Shown: positions 10,737 through 21,710, counted from the first letter of the stretch. The stretch is DNA of 64,000 nucleotides from Candidatus Oxydemutatoraceae bacterium (GCA_965219575.1 OZ244779.1:812769-876768), one strand, 5' to 3'. The notes: generated from the letters alone by a model not told the origin. Numbers and translations: made by a program.

Positions 10737-11822
10737 ATGGAAGAAGGTCGTAGAAAAGCGTTGGAAACTGCGCTAGCGCAAATTGATAAGCAGTTCGGCA
10801 AGGGTTCTATTATGCGTCTTGGTGACACGAAGGCGACTTACGATATAGAGGTGATACCGTCGGGGTCTATCGCCTTGGATTTGGCATTGGGTATAGGCGG
10901 TTTTCCCAGAGGACGGATTATAGAGATTTTCGGCACCGAATCTTCGGGTAAAACGACGCTTGCATTACACGCGGTTGCGCAATGTCAAGCTGCCGGAGGC
11001 ACGGCAGCTTTTGTCGATGCCGAGCATGCCCTGGACTCCGTCTACGCCGGCAAGTTGGGTGTCGATATCGACGATTTCCTGATATCGCAACCGGATACCG
11101 GCGAGCAGGGCTTGGAGATCACCGACATGTTGGTACGCTCGGGTTCGGTTGATTTGGTGGTTGTCGATTCGGTCGCTGCATTAACACCGCGCTCCGAGAT
11201 AGAAGGTGACATGGGGGACACCCATGTCGGTTTGCAGGCGCGTTTGATGTCGCAGGCACTGCGCAAGCTGACCGCTAATATCCAACGCTCAAAAGCAATC
11301 GTTATTTTCATCAATCAGATACGGATGAAAATCGGGGTGATGTTCGGAAACCCTGAGACGACGACCGGCGGCAACGCATTAAAGTTTTATGCCTCGATGC
11401 GCTTGGATATACGGCGCGCCGGGCAGATCAAAAAAGGCGACGAGGTCGTAGGCAACGAGACTCGTGTGAAAGTCGTAAAGAACAAATTGGCACCGCCGTT
11501 CAGAGTTGCTAATTTTGAGATCAGATACGGAGAAGGTATCTCGCACGATGCCGAGTTAATCGATTTGGGTGTGAAACATAATTTGGTGGAGAAATTGGGT
11601 TCTTGGTATAGTTATAAGAATGAGAAAATAGGGCAAGGCAAGGATAATGTGCGTCTGTACTTAAAAGAGAACCCTAAAGTGGCGGAAGAGCTTGAAAAAA
11701 ATCTGCGTATGCTACTGTTGAGCGATACACCGGCGAGCAAAGCCGAAAGCGAAGCGGATGAAAAGGCGAAAAAAACCAACGGCGAATCCCCTAAGAAAAC
11801 CACCGCCGGTTCTACAGCTTGA
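10737..11822 (+). CDS. recA: Recombinase RecA
   Basis: [59 protein letters not shown] upstream. Confidence 0.99.
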   Translation: MEEGRRKALETALAQIDKQFGKGSIMRLGDTKATYDIEVIPSGSIALDLALGIGGFPRGRIIEIFGTESSGKTTLALHAVAQCQAAGGTAAFVDAEHALDSVYAGKLGVDIDDFLISQPDTGEQGLEITDMLVRSGSVDLVVVDSVAALTPRSEIEGDMGDTHVGLQARLMSQALRKLTANIQRSKAIVIFINQIRMKIGVMFGNPETTTGGNALKFYASMRLDIRRAGQIKKGDEVVGNETRVKVVKNKLAPPFRVANFEIRYGEGISHDAELIDLGVKHNLVEKLGSWYSYKNEKIGQGKDNVRLYLKENPKVAEELEKNLRMLLLSDTPASKAESEADEKAKKTNGESPKKTTAGSTA

Positions 11823-12277
11823 TGGCGGACGGCAACATTGCCTTAGTCACGAAAGCACTATCTTATTTAAGCCGGCGAGAGCACCATAGAGCAGAATTAA
11901 AATCCAAGCTGTCTAGAAGCAAAGCATACAATGAGGCTAGCGTAGAAGCGGTATTGGATCGTCTGGAAGCCGAAGGTTTATTATCGGATATGCGTTATAT
12001 AGAATCCTTTATCACCTCTCGTATCAACAGGCTCTACGGTCCGATGCGTATCAAAATGGAACTGCTACAGAAAAAACTCGATCCCGATCGCGTCGAGCAA
12101 ATGCTTGCAGAGTCGGACACCGATTGGCAACACAACGCGCGAATTTGTCTGCAGAAGAAATTTCCTCAAAAACCCGGCGATGCGCAAGAACTCGCCAAAC
12201 AACGGCGATTTCTTTGGCAACGCGGTTATTCCGAAGAGATGATTCGTTCCGCACTTAACACAAGCGACGATGAATAA
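11822..12277 (+). CDS. recX: Regulatory protein RecX
   Basis: LSRREH..ELK.KL, YGPMRI..EL, FLWQRGY. Start overlaps the recA stop. Confidence 0.93.
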   Translation: MADGNIALVTKALSYLSRREHHRAELKSKLSRSKAYNEASVEAVLDRLEAEGLLSDMRYIESFITSRINRLYGPMRIKMELLQKKLDPDRVEQMLAESDTDWQHNARICLQKKFPQKPGDAQELAKQRRFLWQRGYSEEMIRSALNTSDDE

Positions 12278-12282
12278 ACACG

Positions 12283-14046
12283 ATGAAGGATGTTGATGTA
12301 GATAGAGCCGTTTTTTATCGCTTGCTGAGTTATAGCTGGCAACGTTCGCGCTATTTTGTGATTGCGATTTCGGGGATGTTGATTTATGCGGCGAGCGACA
12401 CCGGTTTTGCTATGTTGATGAAACCTTTGATAGACGAGGGTTTTTATAGCAAAGACCAATATGTCTTTCTGGAATGGTTGCCCCTACTCATCGTATTGGT
12501 ATTGCTTGCCCGAGGTGTCGGCAGTTTCATGGGCTCGTACTATATGGATTATGTCGGCAACTATGTAGTCAAGCAGCTACGCTCCGAGACATTCGCCCAT
12601 ATATTGCGGTTGCCGACATCTTATTACGATCAGAATCCCGAAGGTGAACTGACCTCAAGAATAATCTACAACATCAACATCACCGCGAGTGCATCGTCCA
12701 GAGCGTTGACGATTTTGGTTAGAGATACTTTGACGGTGTTGGGTCTTTTGGCGTGGCTGTTTTATATCAGCTGGCAACTGACTTTGCTGATGTTGGTGCT
12801 GGTGCCGGTCATCCTGTTCATATTGAGTTATATCAATAGACGTTTTCGTTCGTTGCATCATCGTCATCAGGAGTTAATGGCTAATTTAACCGGCAATGTG
12901 CAGCAGGCGGTTAGAAGCAACAGCACGATTAAAATCTTTGACGGCTACGATTACGAAACCGCACATTTTGAAACCAACAACGAGAATGTGCGCCGCTACT
13001 TAATGCGCACATCGGCGGTCAAGTCTATAGGCACGCCGGTTATGATGTTGATTTTAGGGTTGAGTTTGGCGGCGATCGTCTATTTGATGAATGCCGAACA
13101 GCTACTTCCCAAAGTGTCGCCGGGGACTTTCGTTTCTTTCATTGTTGCGATGATATTGTTGTTTAGACCGGTGCGTAGTCTAGTCCAAATCAATGTGATT
13201 TTGCAACAAGGCATCGTTGCCGCACAGAGCGTATTTGATTTTTTGGATATAAAACCGGAATCGGATAATGACGAGTATGTGGCGCATCGTTGGCAGGGAC
13301 ACATTCGCTATAACGATGTGTCGTTTTCGTATACACAGCCGCATGCCGAAAACCTCCAACCGGCATTGTCGCATATCAATTTAGAGATTACTCCTTTAGA
13401 GACACTGGCACTGGTCGGTGTTTCGGGTTCGGGTAAATCCACTCTGGTTAGCTTGCTTCCTCGGCTTTACGAATGTAGCGCAGGGCATATTGAACTCGAT
13501 GGTCACGACATAAAAAACCTGCCGTTGTCTCAGTTGCGTGCGCAGATTGCTTATGCCGGGCAAGATATCGTGCTGTTCAACGATAGCGTCGCCAACAACA
13601 TTGCGTACGGCACACGAGCCTCGCCGTCGCAAATAGAAGACGCTGCGCAGAAGTCACACGCGATAGATTTCATAAAAAAGTTACCACAAGGATTTGACAC
13701 CGTAATCGGTGATGCCGGCGGTCGCTTATCGGGGGGCGAACGGCAGCGTATTGCGATCGCTCGTGCCTTGTTGAAGCGCGCACCGATTATTATTTTTGAC
13801 GAGGCAACCTCGGCACTAGATTCAGAGTCGGAGAGCATGATTCAACTGGCACTGGAGGAGATCTCCGATCAATGCACGATGATTCTAATTGCCCATCGTT
13901 TCTCTACGATTAGGTTGGCAAATCGCATCGTGGTTTTGGCAAACGGGCGTATCGTAGAGCAAGGTAGCCATGACGAGTTAATCGCCGCACAAAAGACTTA
14001 TCATAATCTTTATATGTCCGGACACGGTCGGAGAATAGCGGCTTGA
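12283..14046 (+). CDS. msbA: Lipid A flippase MsbA
   Basis: TM domain plus ABC motifs (GVSGSGKST, LSGGERQR, DEATSALD). Directly upstream of lpxK. Confidence 0.92.
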   Translation: MKDVDVDRAVFYRLLSYSWQRSRYFVIAISGMLIYAASDTGFAMLMKPLIDEGFYSKDQYVFLEWLPLLIVLVLLARGVGSFMGSYYMDYVGNYVVKQLRSETFAHILRLPTSYYDQNPEGELTSRIIYNINITASASSRALTILVRDTLTVLGLLAWLFYISWQLTLLMLVLVPVILFILSYINRRFRSLHHRHQELMANLTGNVQQAVRSNSTIKIFDGYDYETAHFETNNENVRRYLMRTSAVKSIGTPVMMLILGLSLAAIVYLMNAEQLLPKVSPGTFVSFIVAMILLFRPVRSLVQINVILQQGIVAAQSVFDFLDIKPESDNDEYVAHRWQGHIRYNDVSFSYTQPHAENLQPALSHINLEITPLETLALVGVSGSGKSTLVSLLPRLYECSAGHIELDGHDIKNLPLSQLRAQIAYAGQDIVLFNDSVANNIAYGTRASPSQIEDAAQKSHAIDFIKKLPQGFDTVIGDAGGRLSGGERQRIAIARALLKRAPIIIFDEATSALDSESESMIQLALEEISDQCTMILIAHRFSTIRLANRIVVLANGRIVEQGSHDELIAAQKTYHNLYMSGHGRRIAA

Positions 14047-15074
14047 GATGGTACGACCGCCTTTGGTATCGTGCACCGCGTTATTGGGCGTGGCCGTTGT
14101 TGCCGTTATCGTTGCTTTATCGCATCGCATTATTCCTCAGGGTGTATTATTATAGATTCAAAACACCGCAACAACGGTCGGTGCCGGTCATCGTAGTGGG
14201 TAATTTAAGCGTCGGCGGCACCGGCAAGACCCCACTGGTAATCCACTTGGCAGAACGCTTTCAAGCGCACGGTGTCAAGGTCGGTGTGGTGAGCCGTGGC
14301 TACGGCGGTTCGGGGAGTACGGGTGCCCCTATAGAAGTTAACGACGATACCTCGTTTCGAGTGGTGGGTGACGAACCGAAGCTCATTTATCGAAAGACCG
14401 GATGCCCGCTTGCGATCGGCAAAAAACTTGCTCAAGCGGCACAGCTTTTAATAGATCGGCATTGCGTTGAATTGATTGTATCGGACGACGGATTGCAACA
14501 CCGCAATTTGGCAAGAACGGTAGAGGTTGCCGTCGTAGACGGTAGCAGAGGTTTCGGCAACCGCTATGTGTTGCCTGCCGGACCTTTGCGCGAACCGGTA
14601 TCCAGAATCGAGGATGTTTCGTTTGTGGTCGTCAACGGAGATGTGAAGTCGGAGCGAAACGACGAATTGTCATCGCATCGACATCGTTATCGTATGCAGT
14701 TGAGGGCGACGAGCTTATATACACCGGTCTACGATAAGCATTACCCGACCGATCATTTCAACGGGCAGCGCGTACACGCATGTGCAGCACTGGCAAATCC
14801 CGAACGTTTTTTTGAAACCCTGGAGTCGCTCGGCATGTTGCCGATCAAACACGCTTTTAGAGATCATCATGCTTATCGCGTGGTGGACTTCAAGTTTGAG
14901 GACAACTTGCCGGTGGTAATGACCGCCAAGGACGGTGTGAAATGGCTGGAACTTGCCGAGCAAGGTCATAAAATAGCAGCCGATGTTTGGATACTTGAAA
15001 CACAGTTACAAATAGACGAGACATTTGAACGAGCGTTGTTTGCCGAACTCGGAATATCGCAAAAACACCCATAG
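14043..15074 (+). CDS. lpxK: Tetraacyldisaccharide 4'-kinase
   Basis: GNLSVGGTGKTP, SRGYG, GDEP, DDGLQH, LPAGPLRE. Confidence 0.96.
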   Translation: MRWYDRLWYRAPRYWAWPLLPLSLLYRIALFLRVYYYRFKTPQQRSVPVIVVGNLSVGGTGKTPLVIHLAERFQAHGVKVGVVSRGYGGSGSTGAPIEVNDDTSFRVVGDEPKLIYRKTGCPLAIGKKLAQAAQLLIDRHCVELIVSDDGLQHRNLARTVEVAVVDGSRGFGNRYVLPAGPLREPVSRIEDVSFVVVNGDVKSERNDELSSHRHRYRMQLRATSLYTPVYDKHYPTDHFNGQRVHACAALANPERFFETLESLGMLPIKHAFRDHHAYRVVDFKFEDNLPVVMTAKDGVKWLELAEQGHKIAADVWILETQLQIDETFERALFAELGISQKHP

Positions 15075-15081
15075 GAGTTAA

Positions 15082-15790
15082 TCATTCCATTCCTGTGGAA
15101 GGGTGGCAGGTTGAGCCTGACAGGGTGGTCGCTAAGGGGGGCTGTTGAAAAAGTACTGGCATCGCAAAAATCTAACCGCTTGCGCTGTGAATATTTGCAA
15201 ACCACCCGTAGGGGCGGACTAACATGTCCGCCCGTAACGCGTTGTGCCTACACGATTTATACATTCATCCATCCAATTTATGGAAACCAAAACCAAATGG
15301 CGCAAATGATTACGGTTGTTCTGGACGGTACTTAAGGGCAGACATCAAAATTGCCGATTGACCTACTGGCTCAATCGGCGGCTCTGTTCTGCCCGAAACG
15401 TATCATGTTTGCACGATTAACGCATTCACCCATTAATATTATGGAAACCATTATTTGTTAGCGCAAGCGGTTGGTGTCGTGCAGAACGTTACTTAAGGGC
15501 AGACACACAGGTCTGCCCCTACGACTTTGTGGTTATCATAATTATGTGGCGCAAAGCGGTTTAATTCGTGTAAAACGGTACTTTTTCAGCAGCCCCACCA
15601 CACAACCACCCCGTCAGGGTTCGCCTGCCACCCCTCCACAGGAGGGGAATGTACAGATACTGCGCTCATGCAGACATGCTACCACTACCCCATGAAAAGG
15701 TTTTACATTTTGTATTATGTTGGGGTTCTGCACAATGTTACGTCGATTGACCTACATTGGTTTAATCGGTGGCTTTATCCTGCCCTTACA
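15082..15790. repeat. Largest nested repeat: inverted A palindromes enclosing a TIR-bounded MITE with three REP hairpins
   Basis: A copy at 15082-15129. GGGGCTGTTGAAAAAGTAC (~15138-15156) pairs with GTACTTTTTCAGCAGCCCC (15578-15596). REPs at ~15208, ~15336 and ~15497. Inverted A at 15604-15651 and C segment at 15670-15742. Confidence 0.9.
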
Positions 15791-15840
15791 AAAAGGGAAA
15801 TACCCTTTAGAGCGGATTTGGGTATATAATTCTCATCGTT

Positions 15841-16050
15841 ATGGATAAACAGTTGCTTGATATTCTGGTTTGCCCGCTTACCAAAGGTGCGTTGATTTAC
15901 GATAAGGAAAAGCAGGAACTGATTTCGTTGTCGGCGAAGCTCGCTTATGAAATACGCGACGGTTTGCCGGTGATGCTATCGGACGAGGCGCGACAGTTGT
16001 CCGACGAGGAATATGAGCACTATAAAAAGAAACGAACTCCCGCTACCTGA
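15841..16050 (+). CDS. ycaR: Trm112-like protein (UPF0434)
   Basis: [14 protein letters not shown]...[15 protein letters not shown]. Lies between lpxK and kdsB. Confidence 0.92.
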   Translation: MDKQLLDILVCPLTKGALIYDKEKQELISLSAKLAYEIRDGLPVMLSDEARQLSDEEYEHYKKKRTPAT

Positions 16051-16765
16051 TTTCAAGGTTGTCATCCCGGCGCGCTATGCGTCGCAACGTTTTCCCGGTA
16101 AGCCGCTACACGAAATTTTTTCTAAGCCGTTAATACAATATACCTACGAAAATGCAATACGAAGCGGTGCCGACGAAGTGATCGTTGCAAGCGACGACCG
16201 AAGGATCATTGATTGTGTTCATGATTTCGGCGGTGTTGCGTGCCTGAGTTCGCCGGCACATAAAACCGGTAGCGACCGATGTGCCGAGATAGCCGAGACC
16301 GGAAACTGGAACGACGAGCAAATCGTCGTCAACTTGCAAGGCGACGAACCTTTACTCGGTCCGCAAGACATACGTACTGCGGTTCAATGCTTATGCGCCC
16401 ATCCCGGCACCGATGTTGCAACCCTTGCCGCACAGGTGTCGGCGAAAGACCTATCATCCGATAGCGTGGTGAGCGTGGTTTGCGATAGCGAGTGGTTTGC
16501 TTTATACTTTAGCCGTGCAGGGTTACCTGCGGGGGGCGAAACGGGTTTGCACCACATAGGAATTTATGTATATTATTGTAACTTCCTCAAGCATTTTGCC
16601 TCGCTTGCGCAGCCGGAAATAGAGCTGAGCGAAAGTCTCGAGCAGTTGCGGGTGTTATGGTACGGTGGCACGATTTATGTGGGAATCGTCTCGGCATCGT
16701 CGCATGTTTCGGTGGACACCGAGGCGGATGTGCCCAAACTGGAAAAAATGTTGCAGAGGTCTTGA
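16013..16765 (+). CDS. kdsB: 3-deoxy-manno-octulosonate cytidylyltransferase
   Basis: [38 protein letters not shown]. Confidence 0.95.
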   Translation: MSTIKRNELPLPDFKVVIPARYASQRFPGKPLHEIFSKPLIQYTYENAIRSGADEVIVASDDRRIIDCVHDFGGVACLSSPAHKTGSDRCAEIAETGNWNDEQIVVNLQGDEPLLGPQDIRTAVQCLCAHPGTDVATLAAQVSAKDLSSDSVVSVVCDSEWFALYFSRAGLPAGGETGLHHIGIYVYYCNFLKHFASLAQPEIELSESLEQLRVLWYGGTIYVGIVSASSHVSVDTEADVPKLEKMLQRS

Positions 16766-16828
16766 AAATATATAGATGCGACCCTAGATAAGGTTGTTCA
16801 AATACGCTTAGATTGATAAGCAAAAACA

Positions 16829-17758
16829 ATGTTAAGAGTAAAAGATTTACATAAACGATTCGATAGTTTTGTTGCGGTAGACCGCATTAGTTTTGATGTC
16901 GCTGCCGGCGATATTTTAGGCTTTCTCGGCCCGAACGGTGCCGGTAAATCGACGACGATGAAGATGATTTGCGGCTATCTCAAACCGACTTCGGGCAGTG
17001 TCGGCATATACGATCACGATATAGATACCGATCCCATAGAAGCGAAGAGGCTGATAGGCTATTTGCCCGAGGGTGCGCCGACCTACGGCGATATGGTCGT
17101 TAAAGATTTTCTCGGCTTCGTTGCCGAAGTCCGTCAACTGGATAAAGAGCAGACCCGTAACGGCTTGGACTATGTGATAGAAGAACTTGCCCTTCAAGAC
17201 GTATTGATGCAACCCATAGACACCTTATCCAAAGGTTTTAAGCGCCGTGTCGGTTTGGCGCAAGCACTGATACACGACCCTAAAGTTTTGATTATGGACG
17301 AACCCACCGACGGTTTAGACCCGAATCAGAAACACCATGTAAGGACTTTGATCAATTCCTTAAGCACGAGCAAAATAGTCGTTATTTCCACCCATATACT
17401 GGAGGAGGTTACCGCCGTTTGTAACCGAACCTTGATTATTGCCAACGGCAAACTGTTGATCAACACCACACCCGATAAATTATTAACCCAATCTCGTTAT
17501 CAGAACACGCTCAGTTTATATGCTAAAGACGAGGCACTCTTGGCGGATCTAAAAACCATGTCCGGTGTAAAATCGTTGGAATACGACACACTCAGTAAAC
17601 GTTGGCTGGTGTTCGTAAAGAATCGAGAAAAAATGAATGTCTATAATCAAATTCAAAGCTGGATGTCGGGCAGAACCCCCGAGGTTGACGACTTGAGGTT
17701 TGAACACGGCCGCTTGGACGATGTGTTCAGAAAAATAACCGAGGGCAGTTTGGCATGA
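16829..17758 (+). CDS. ABC transporter ATP-binding protein (GldA-like)
   Basis: GPNGAGKST, LSKGFKRR, MDEPTDGLDP, STH. Confidence 0.9.
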   Translation: MLRVKDLHKRFDSFVAVDRISFDVAAGDILGFLGPNGAGKSTTMKMICGYLKPTSGSVGIYDHDIDTDPIEAKRLIGYLPEGAPTYGDMVVKDFLGFVAEVRQLDKEQTRNGLDYVIEELALQDVLMQPIDTLSKGFKRRVGLAQALIHDPKVLIMDEPTDGLDPNQKHHVRTLINSLSTSKIVVISTHILEEVTAVCNRTLIIANGKLLINTTPDKLLTQSRYQNTLSLYAKDEALLADLKTMSGVKSLEYDTLSKRWLVFVKNREKMNVYNQIQSWMSGRTPEVDDLRFEHGRLDDVFRKITEGSLA

Positions 17759-18489
17759 AGACGATTTATGCGATTATGAAAAGGGAATTGTCGCACTATT
17801 TCACGACCCCGCTCGCTTATGTATTCATTATCATATTTTTGATGCTCGCTGCGACCTTTACTTTTTATTTGGGCAACCTATACGAGCGTCGGCAAGCCGA
17901 TTTAGTGCCTTTTTTTCAGTATCACCCGTGGCTTTACCTGTTTTTAATCCCTGCTATATCGATGCGCTTGTGGGCGGAAGAGAAAAAGAACGGTAGCATA
18001 GAGTTGCTGATGACTTTGCCGATCAGCATCACGCAGGCGGTGCTGGGCAAGTATCTCGCGGCGTGGTTATTCGCCGGGTTGGCGTTGGTGCTAACATTTC
18101 CGGTTTGGTTAACGGTCAATTACTTGGGCGACCCGGACAACGGCGTTATATTCTCGTCTTATCTGGGCAGCTTTTTAATGGCAGGTGCGTTTTTGGCGAT
18201 CGGTTCTTGTATTTCCGCAACCACCAGCAATCAAGTGATTGCGTTTATCATCAGCATCGTTATTTGTTTTTTATTTATTACTACGAATTTTCCCTTCGTG
18301 ATCGATTTCTTTAAGCTGTGGTTACCGCAAGTCTTACTGGACACTATTACTTCGTTGAGCTTTTTATCTCATTTTAGCTCCATCAACAAAGGCGTGATAG
18401 ATCTTAGAGACCTGATTTATTTTATGTTGATGATAGGTTTTTGGCTCGCCGCCAATGTCGTTATTTTGGAAAACAGAAAGCAAGAGTGA
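17755..18489 (+). CDS. ABC-2 permease (GldF-like)
   Basis: PAISMRLWAEEKKNGSIELLMTLP and multiple TM helices. Confidence 0.88.
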   Translation: MKTIYAIMKRELSHYFTTPLAYVFIIIFLMLAATFTFYLGNLYERRQADLVPFFQYHPWLYLFLIPAISMRLWAEEKKNGSIELLMTLPISITQAVLGKYLAAWLFAGLALVLTFPVWLTVNYLGDPDNGVIFSSYLGSFLMAGAFLAIGSCISATTSNQVIAFIISIVICFLFITTNFPFVIDFFKLWLPQVLLDTITSLSFLSHFSSINKGVIDLRDLIYFMLMIGFWLAANVVILENRKQE

Positions 18490-18495
18490 CAAGCG

Positions 18496-20451
18496 ATGCA
18501 ATTTTTATCTTCTTCTAAAAGCATTTGCATATTGTTGGCAGTATTGTTTTTGGTGCTGATCACTTTATCCAATATGCTGTTCAAGCACACGCGTCTGGAT
18601 CTCACCGAAAATAAAATATATACCCTGTCCGAGAGTACCCGCAACATCGTATCGGCGGTAGATCAACCGCTGAACCTGTACTTGTTTTTCACTCAGGAAT
18701 CGAGTAGCAACAACCCGTTTTATCGTAAATACTATCAACGCGTGCGCGAGATTTTGGAAGAATACACACTTTACTCCGACGATAAGTTGCGGCTCAATTT
18801 CATAGACCCGGAGCCTTTTTCGGAGGATGAGGATCGCGCTGCCGGTTTCGGCATACAACGAATCCCTCTGGAAGATAGCGGCGATGTATTGTACTTCGGT
18901 CTAGCCGGCAGTAATGCAGTCGGAGATGTAGAGACAATTCCTTTCTTGGACCCGCGCCGCGAAGTCTTTCTGGAATACGATATAGACAAACTGCTTTACA
19001 CGCTGATGAATCCGGAAAAACCGGTGATAGGCTTGATGTCTACGCTACCTATGTATCCGGTAGAAGGTTTGGGTGCCGGGAGTCAACAGAATCCGTGGGT
19101 GGTTATAGAACAAATAGAACAACTCTTCGAGGTTGAATTGGTCTTTACCGACACCGAGCGTATAGACGAAGATATCGATGTGCTGATGGTAGTGCACCCC
19201 AAAAACTTGGGAGATAAAACGCTCTACGCAATAGATCAATATGTGATGCGCGGCGGCAACGCAATCTTTTTTGTAGACCCCTTCGCCGAAGTAGACGAAA
19301 TCCCGTTACCCGACGGTATACCGATGCAGGATTTAACGGTCAAGAGTTCGACATTGAACCCTTTATTTAAGAAGTGGGGCTTCGAAGTAGCCGAGCGTAC
19401 CGTGGTGACCGACTTCAATCATGGTTTGCAGATAAGCGTCTCGGGACAGCGACCCCAACGGAACATTCTTTATTTGGGTTTGAACAAAGATAGCATAGAC
19501 CGAGACGATGTGGTTACTTCGGCACTGGAGCAGGTCAATTTTGCGATAGCTTCGCATGTGCAGGTGTTGGATGAGGAAAAGATAGAAATGACACCACTGA
19601 TTTATACCAGCAAGGAGTCTTCGCTGGTGCCGTTGAACATATTGCGTTTTATGAGCGATCCGTCGGAACTGGAAAAAGGATTTAGTGCCTCCGAAAAAGA
19701 ATATCCGATTGCCGCCCGTATCAAAGGCGAAGTCGACAGTGCTTTTGACGGTCCGCCTAAAGAGGAGGAAGAGGAAGAGGGCGAAGCGGGTGCAAGCGTA
19801 GAGGATGATGCAAGTGCCGAGGAAGATAAAGCCGAAGAAGAGAAAATAGCCGAGAGCGAATCCGATTTGCCACCGCATATAGCGAAATCGGACGGTCCGG
19901 TAAATCTACTCGTCGTTGCCGATGTCGATATTCTGAGCGACCGTCTGTGGGTTGTCGTGCAGAACTTCTTCGGGCAGCGTCTGTATCAGCCGATAGCAAA
20001 CAACCGAGACTTCATAATCAACGCCATAGACAATATGACCGGGGGTAAGGATTTAATAGGAATACGTAGTCGCGCAAGTTTCAACCGCCCCTTCACCAAG
20101 GTATCGGAAATAGAGCGAGGGGCTGTGGTCAAATACAGAGAAGCAGAGCAGGAATTGGAAAGCAAGCTCAGAGAAACCGAAGCCAAACTGCAAGAGTTGC
20201 AGGAGCAACGCACCGACCGCAAGAAAGGTGCCAACCTATTGAGTGCCGAACAGATGCAAGAGTACCAAAAGTTCCAAAACCAGAGACTGCAAACCCGCAA
20301 ACAGCTTCGTGACGTTCAATATAATCTGGCTAAAGATATAGACCAGCTGGGACGCGACCTTAAAATCATCAATATCGCCGCAGTGCCGGCGGTAATCACC
20401 GCTCTGGCACTGATTTTTGCATTCGTTAAACGACGTCGGCAAAGACGATGA
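18496..20451 (+). CDS. ABC auxiliary protein (GldG-like)
   Basis: RLDLTENKIYTLS, IDPEPFSEDED, FLEYDI, IDQYVMRGG, C-terminal coiled coil and TM. Contains an acidic low-complexity insert. Confidence 0.85.
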   Translation: MQFLSSSKSICILLAVLFLVLITLSNMLFKHTRLDLTENKIYTLSESTRNIVSAVDQPLNLYLFFTQESSSNNPFYRKYYQRVREILEEYTLYSDDKLRLNFIDPEPFSEDEDRAAGFGIQRIPLEDSGDVLYFGLAGSNAVGDVETIPFLDPRREVFLEYDIDKLLYTLMNPEKPVIGLMSTLPMYPVEGLGAGSQQNPWVVIEQIEQLFEVELVFTDTERIDEDIDVLMVVHPKNLGDKTLYAIDQYVMRGGNAIFFVDPFAEVDEIPLPDGIPMQDLTVKSSTLNPLFKKWGFEVAERTVVTDFNHGLQISVSGQRPQRNILYLGLNKDSIDRDDVVTSALEQVNFAIASHVQVLDEEKIEMTPLIYTSKESSLVPLNILRFMSDPSELEKGFSASEKEYPIAARIKGEVDSAFDGPPKEEEEEEGEAGASVEDDASAEEDKAEEEKIAESESDLPPHIAKSDGPVNLLVVADVDILSDRLWVVVQNFFGQRLYQPIANNRDFIINAIDNMTGGKDLIGIRSRASFNRPFTKVSEIERGAVVKYREAEQELESKLRETEAKLQELQEQRTDRKKGANLLSAEQMQEYQKFQNQRLQTRKQLRDVQYNLAKDIDQLGRDLKIINIAAVPAVITALALIFAFVKRRRQRR

Positions 20452-21506
20452 AATCCAAGCCACTGGTTTTTATCGTGCTTACGATTGTGGTTTGTGCCGC
20501 TGCCGTTGTTATGCTGGTTCGTGAACAAGACAAAACGCAAGAGCCGCAAAAACTTTTTCCCGATATCGCGACCGATACGGTCAATGTAATCGGCAGACTG
20601 AACGAATTGCACTTTGAGCAAGGCGGGCAAACCCTGAGTATACAAAAAAGTGACGAGGATATTTGGCAGGTTGTCGAAAAAGACTATTTTCCCGCCGATG
20701 TGACGATGATACGCAGTCTGCTACGCGCTTTGTCCGAAGCGGAAAAAATAGAGGAGATGAGTTCGCGCCCGGAAGATTTCCCTAAGCTCGGCGTTGCCGA
20801 CCCCGATGCGGAAGAAGGGGCGGGTGTTTTAGTGGAGATTAGCGATGCGGATCGTAGCTGGCAGCTTATCGCAGGCAACATCGCCCCGCACTTGGATCAA
20901 GGACAATATATACGGCTTCCCGATGAAAATCGTAATTGGATGATCAACCGCCGTATGGAATTGGACATGGAGATCGATAACTGGTTGGATAAATATATCG
21001 TTCATATTCCACCCGAGGACCTGCATCGTATTGTCATAGTGCGGCACGACGACGAGACCGTAAGCACTATGACTTTGGTGAGACCGCTAAAAGGAGGCGA
21101 CTTCAAGCTGGAGAATTTATCCGAAAATCGTAAGATGAAAAGCGACTACCTGATACAGCAAATCGCCGCTGCGGTCGATTATCTGCAATTCAAAGAAGTA
21201 TTTCCGAAGGACGATAGCTTTTTGTTACCCGATAGGCACATAAACGCAACATTCACCACTTTTGACGGCTTGGAATTCGGCATACAGAGTTACCAATTAG
21301 ACGAGGAATCTTATGCGACCGTGTCGGTTGCTTTCAACGACGATATTGCATCGCAATACGACACCCTCGCAGAAACAAGAGCAGCGATACAAAGCGACAA
21401 CGAATACCTATCGCAACTCTATGCAAATTGGTACTACAAGCTACTGAGCCCCACATACGACTCGTTGGATATGGAGCTTGACGACCTGACTACCGAAGAA
21501 GAATAA
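20448..21506 (+). CDS. DUF4340-like protein, usual partner of GldAFG-like clusters
   Basis: N-terminal TM, W.V.EK..FPAD, YIRL. Fourth gene of the operon. Confidence 0.7.
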   Translation: MKSKPLVFIVLTIVVCAAAVVMLVREQDKTQEPQKLFPDIATDTVNVIGRLNELHFEQGGQTLSIQKSDEDIWQVVEKDYFPADVTMIRSLLRALSEAEKIEEMSSRPEDFPKLGVADPDAEEGAGVLVEISDADRSWQLIAGNIAPHLDQGQYIRLPDENRNWMINRRMELDMEIDNWLDKYIVHIPPEDLHRIVIVRHDDETVSTMTLVRPLKGGDFKLENLSENRKMKSDYLIQQIAAAVDYLQFKEVFPKDDSFLLPDRHINATFTTFDGLEFGIQSYQLDEESYATVSVAFNDDIASQYDTLAETRAAIQSDNEYLSQLYANWYYKLLSPTYDSLDMELDDLTTEEE

Positions 21507-21522
21507 TCACCCGTAGAGAACT

Positions 21523-21710
21523 ATTTTCCTCCTGTGAAAGGGTGGCAGGCGCAGTGTATCTGCACAAGGTGCAGTGTCGGTACATTCCCCTCCTGTGGAG
21601 GGGTGGCAGGCGCAGTGTATCTGCACAAGGTGCAGTGTCGGTACATTCCCCTCCTGTGGAGGGGTGGCAGGCGCAGCCTGACGGGGTGGTCCAATCGCAA
21701 ACCACCCGTA
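21523..21710. repeat. 61-bp tandem repeat of the A palindrome (about 2.7 units) between convergent genes
   Basis: Unit ATTCCCCTCCTGTGGAGGGGTGGCAGGCGCAGTGTATCTGCACAAGGTGCAGTGTCGGTAC begins at 21523 (diverged), 21584 and 21645. Confidence 0.95.

Noticed and set aside
15111-15695. Short ORFs within repeat loci (also 21490-21769, 24794-25036, 34175-34490, 56063-56553, 61203-61397)
   Set aside because: They are translations of non-coding repeats, and their similarity to each other reflects the DNA repeat.
16829-21506. Gliding motility or type IX secretion from GldA/F/G similarity
   Set aside because: This ABC module is widespread in non-gliding Proteobacteria, and no other gld/spr/por genes are in the window.
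21523-21690. Possible CRISPR array (palindromic repeat with ~30-nt intervals)
   Set aside because: The intervening sequences are identical, the repeat is dispersed across many intergenic sites, and no cas genes are present.
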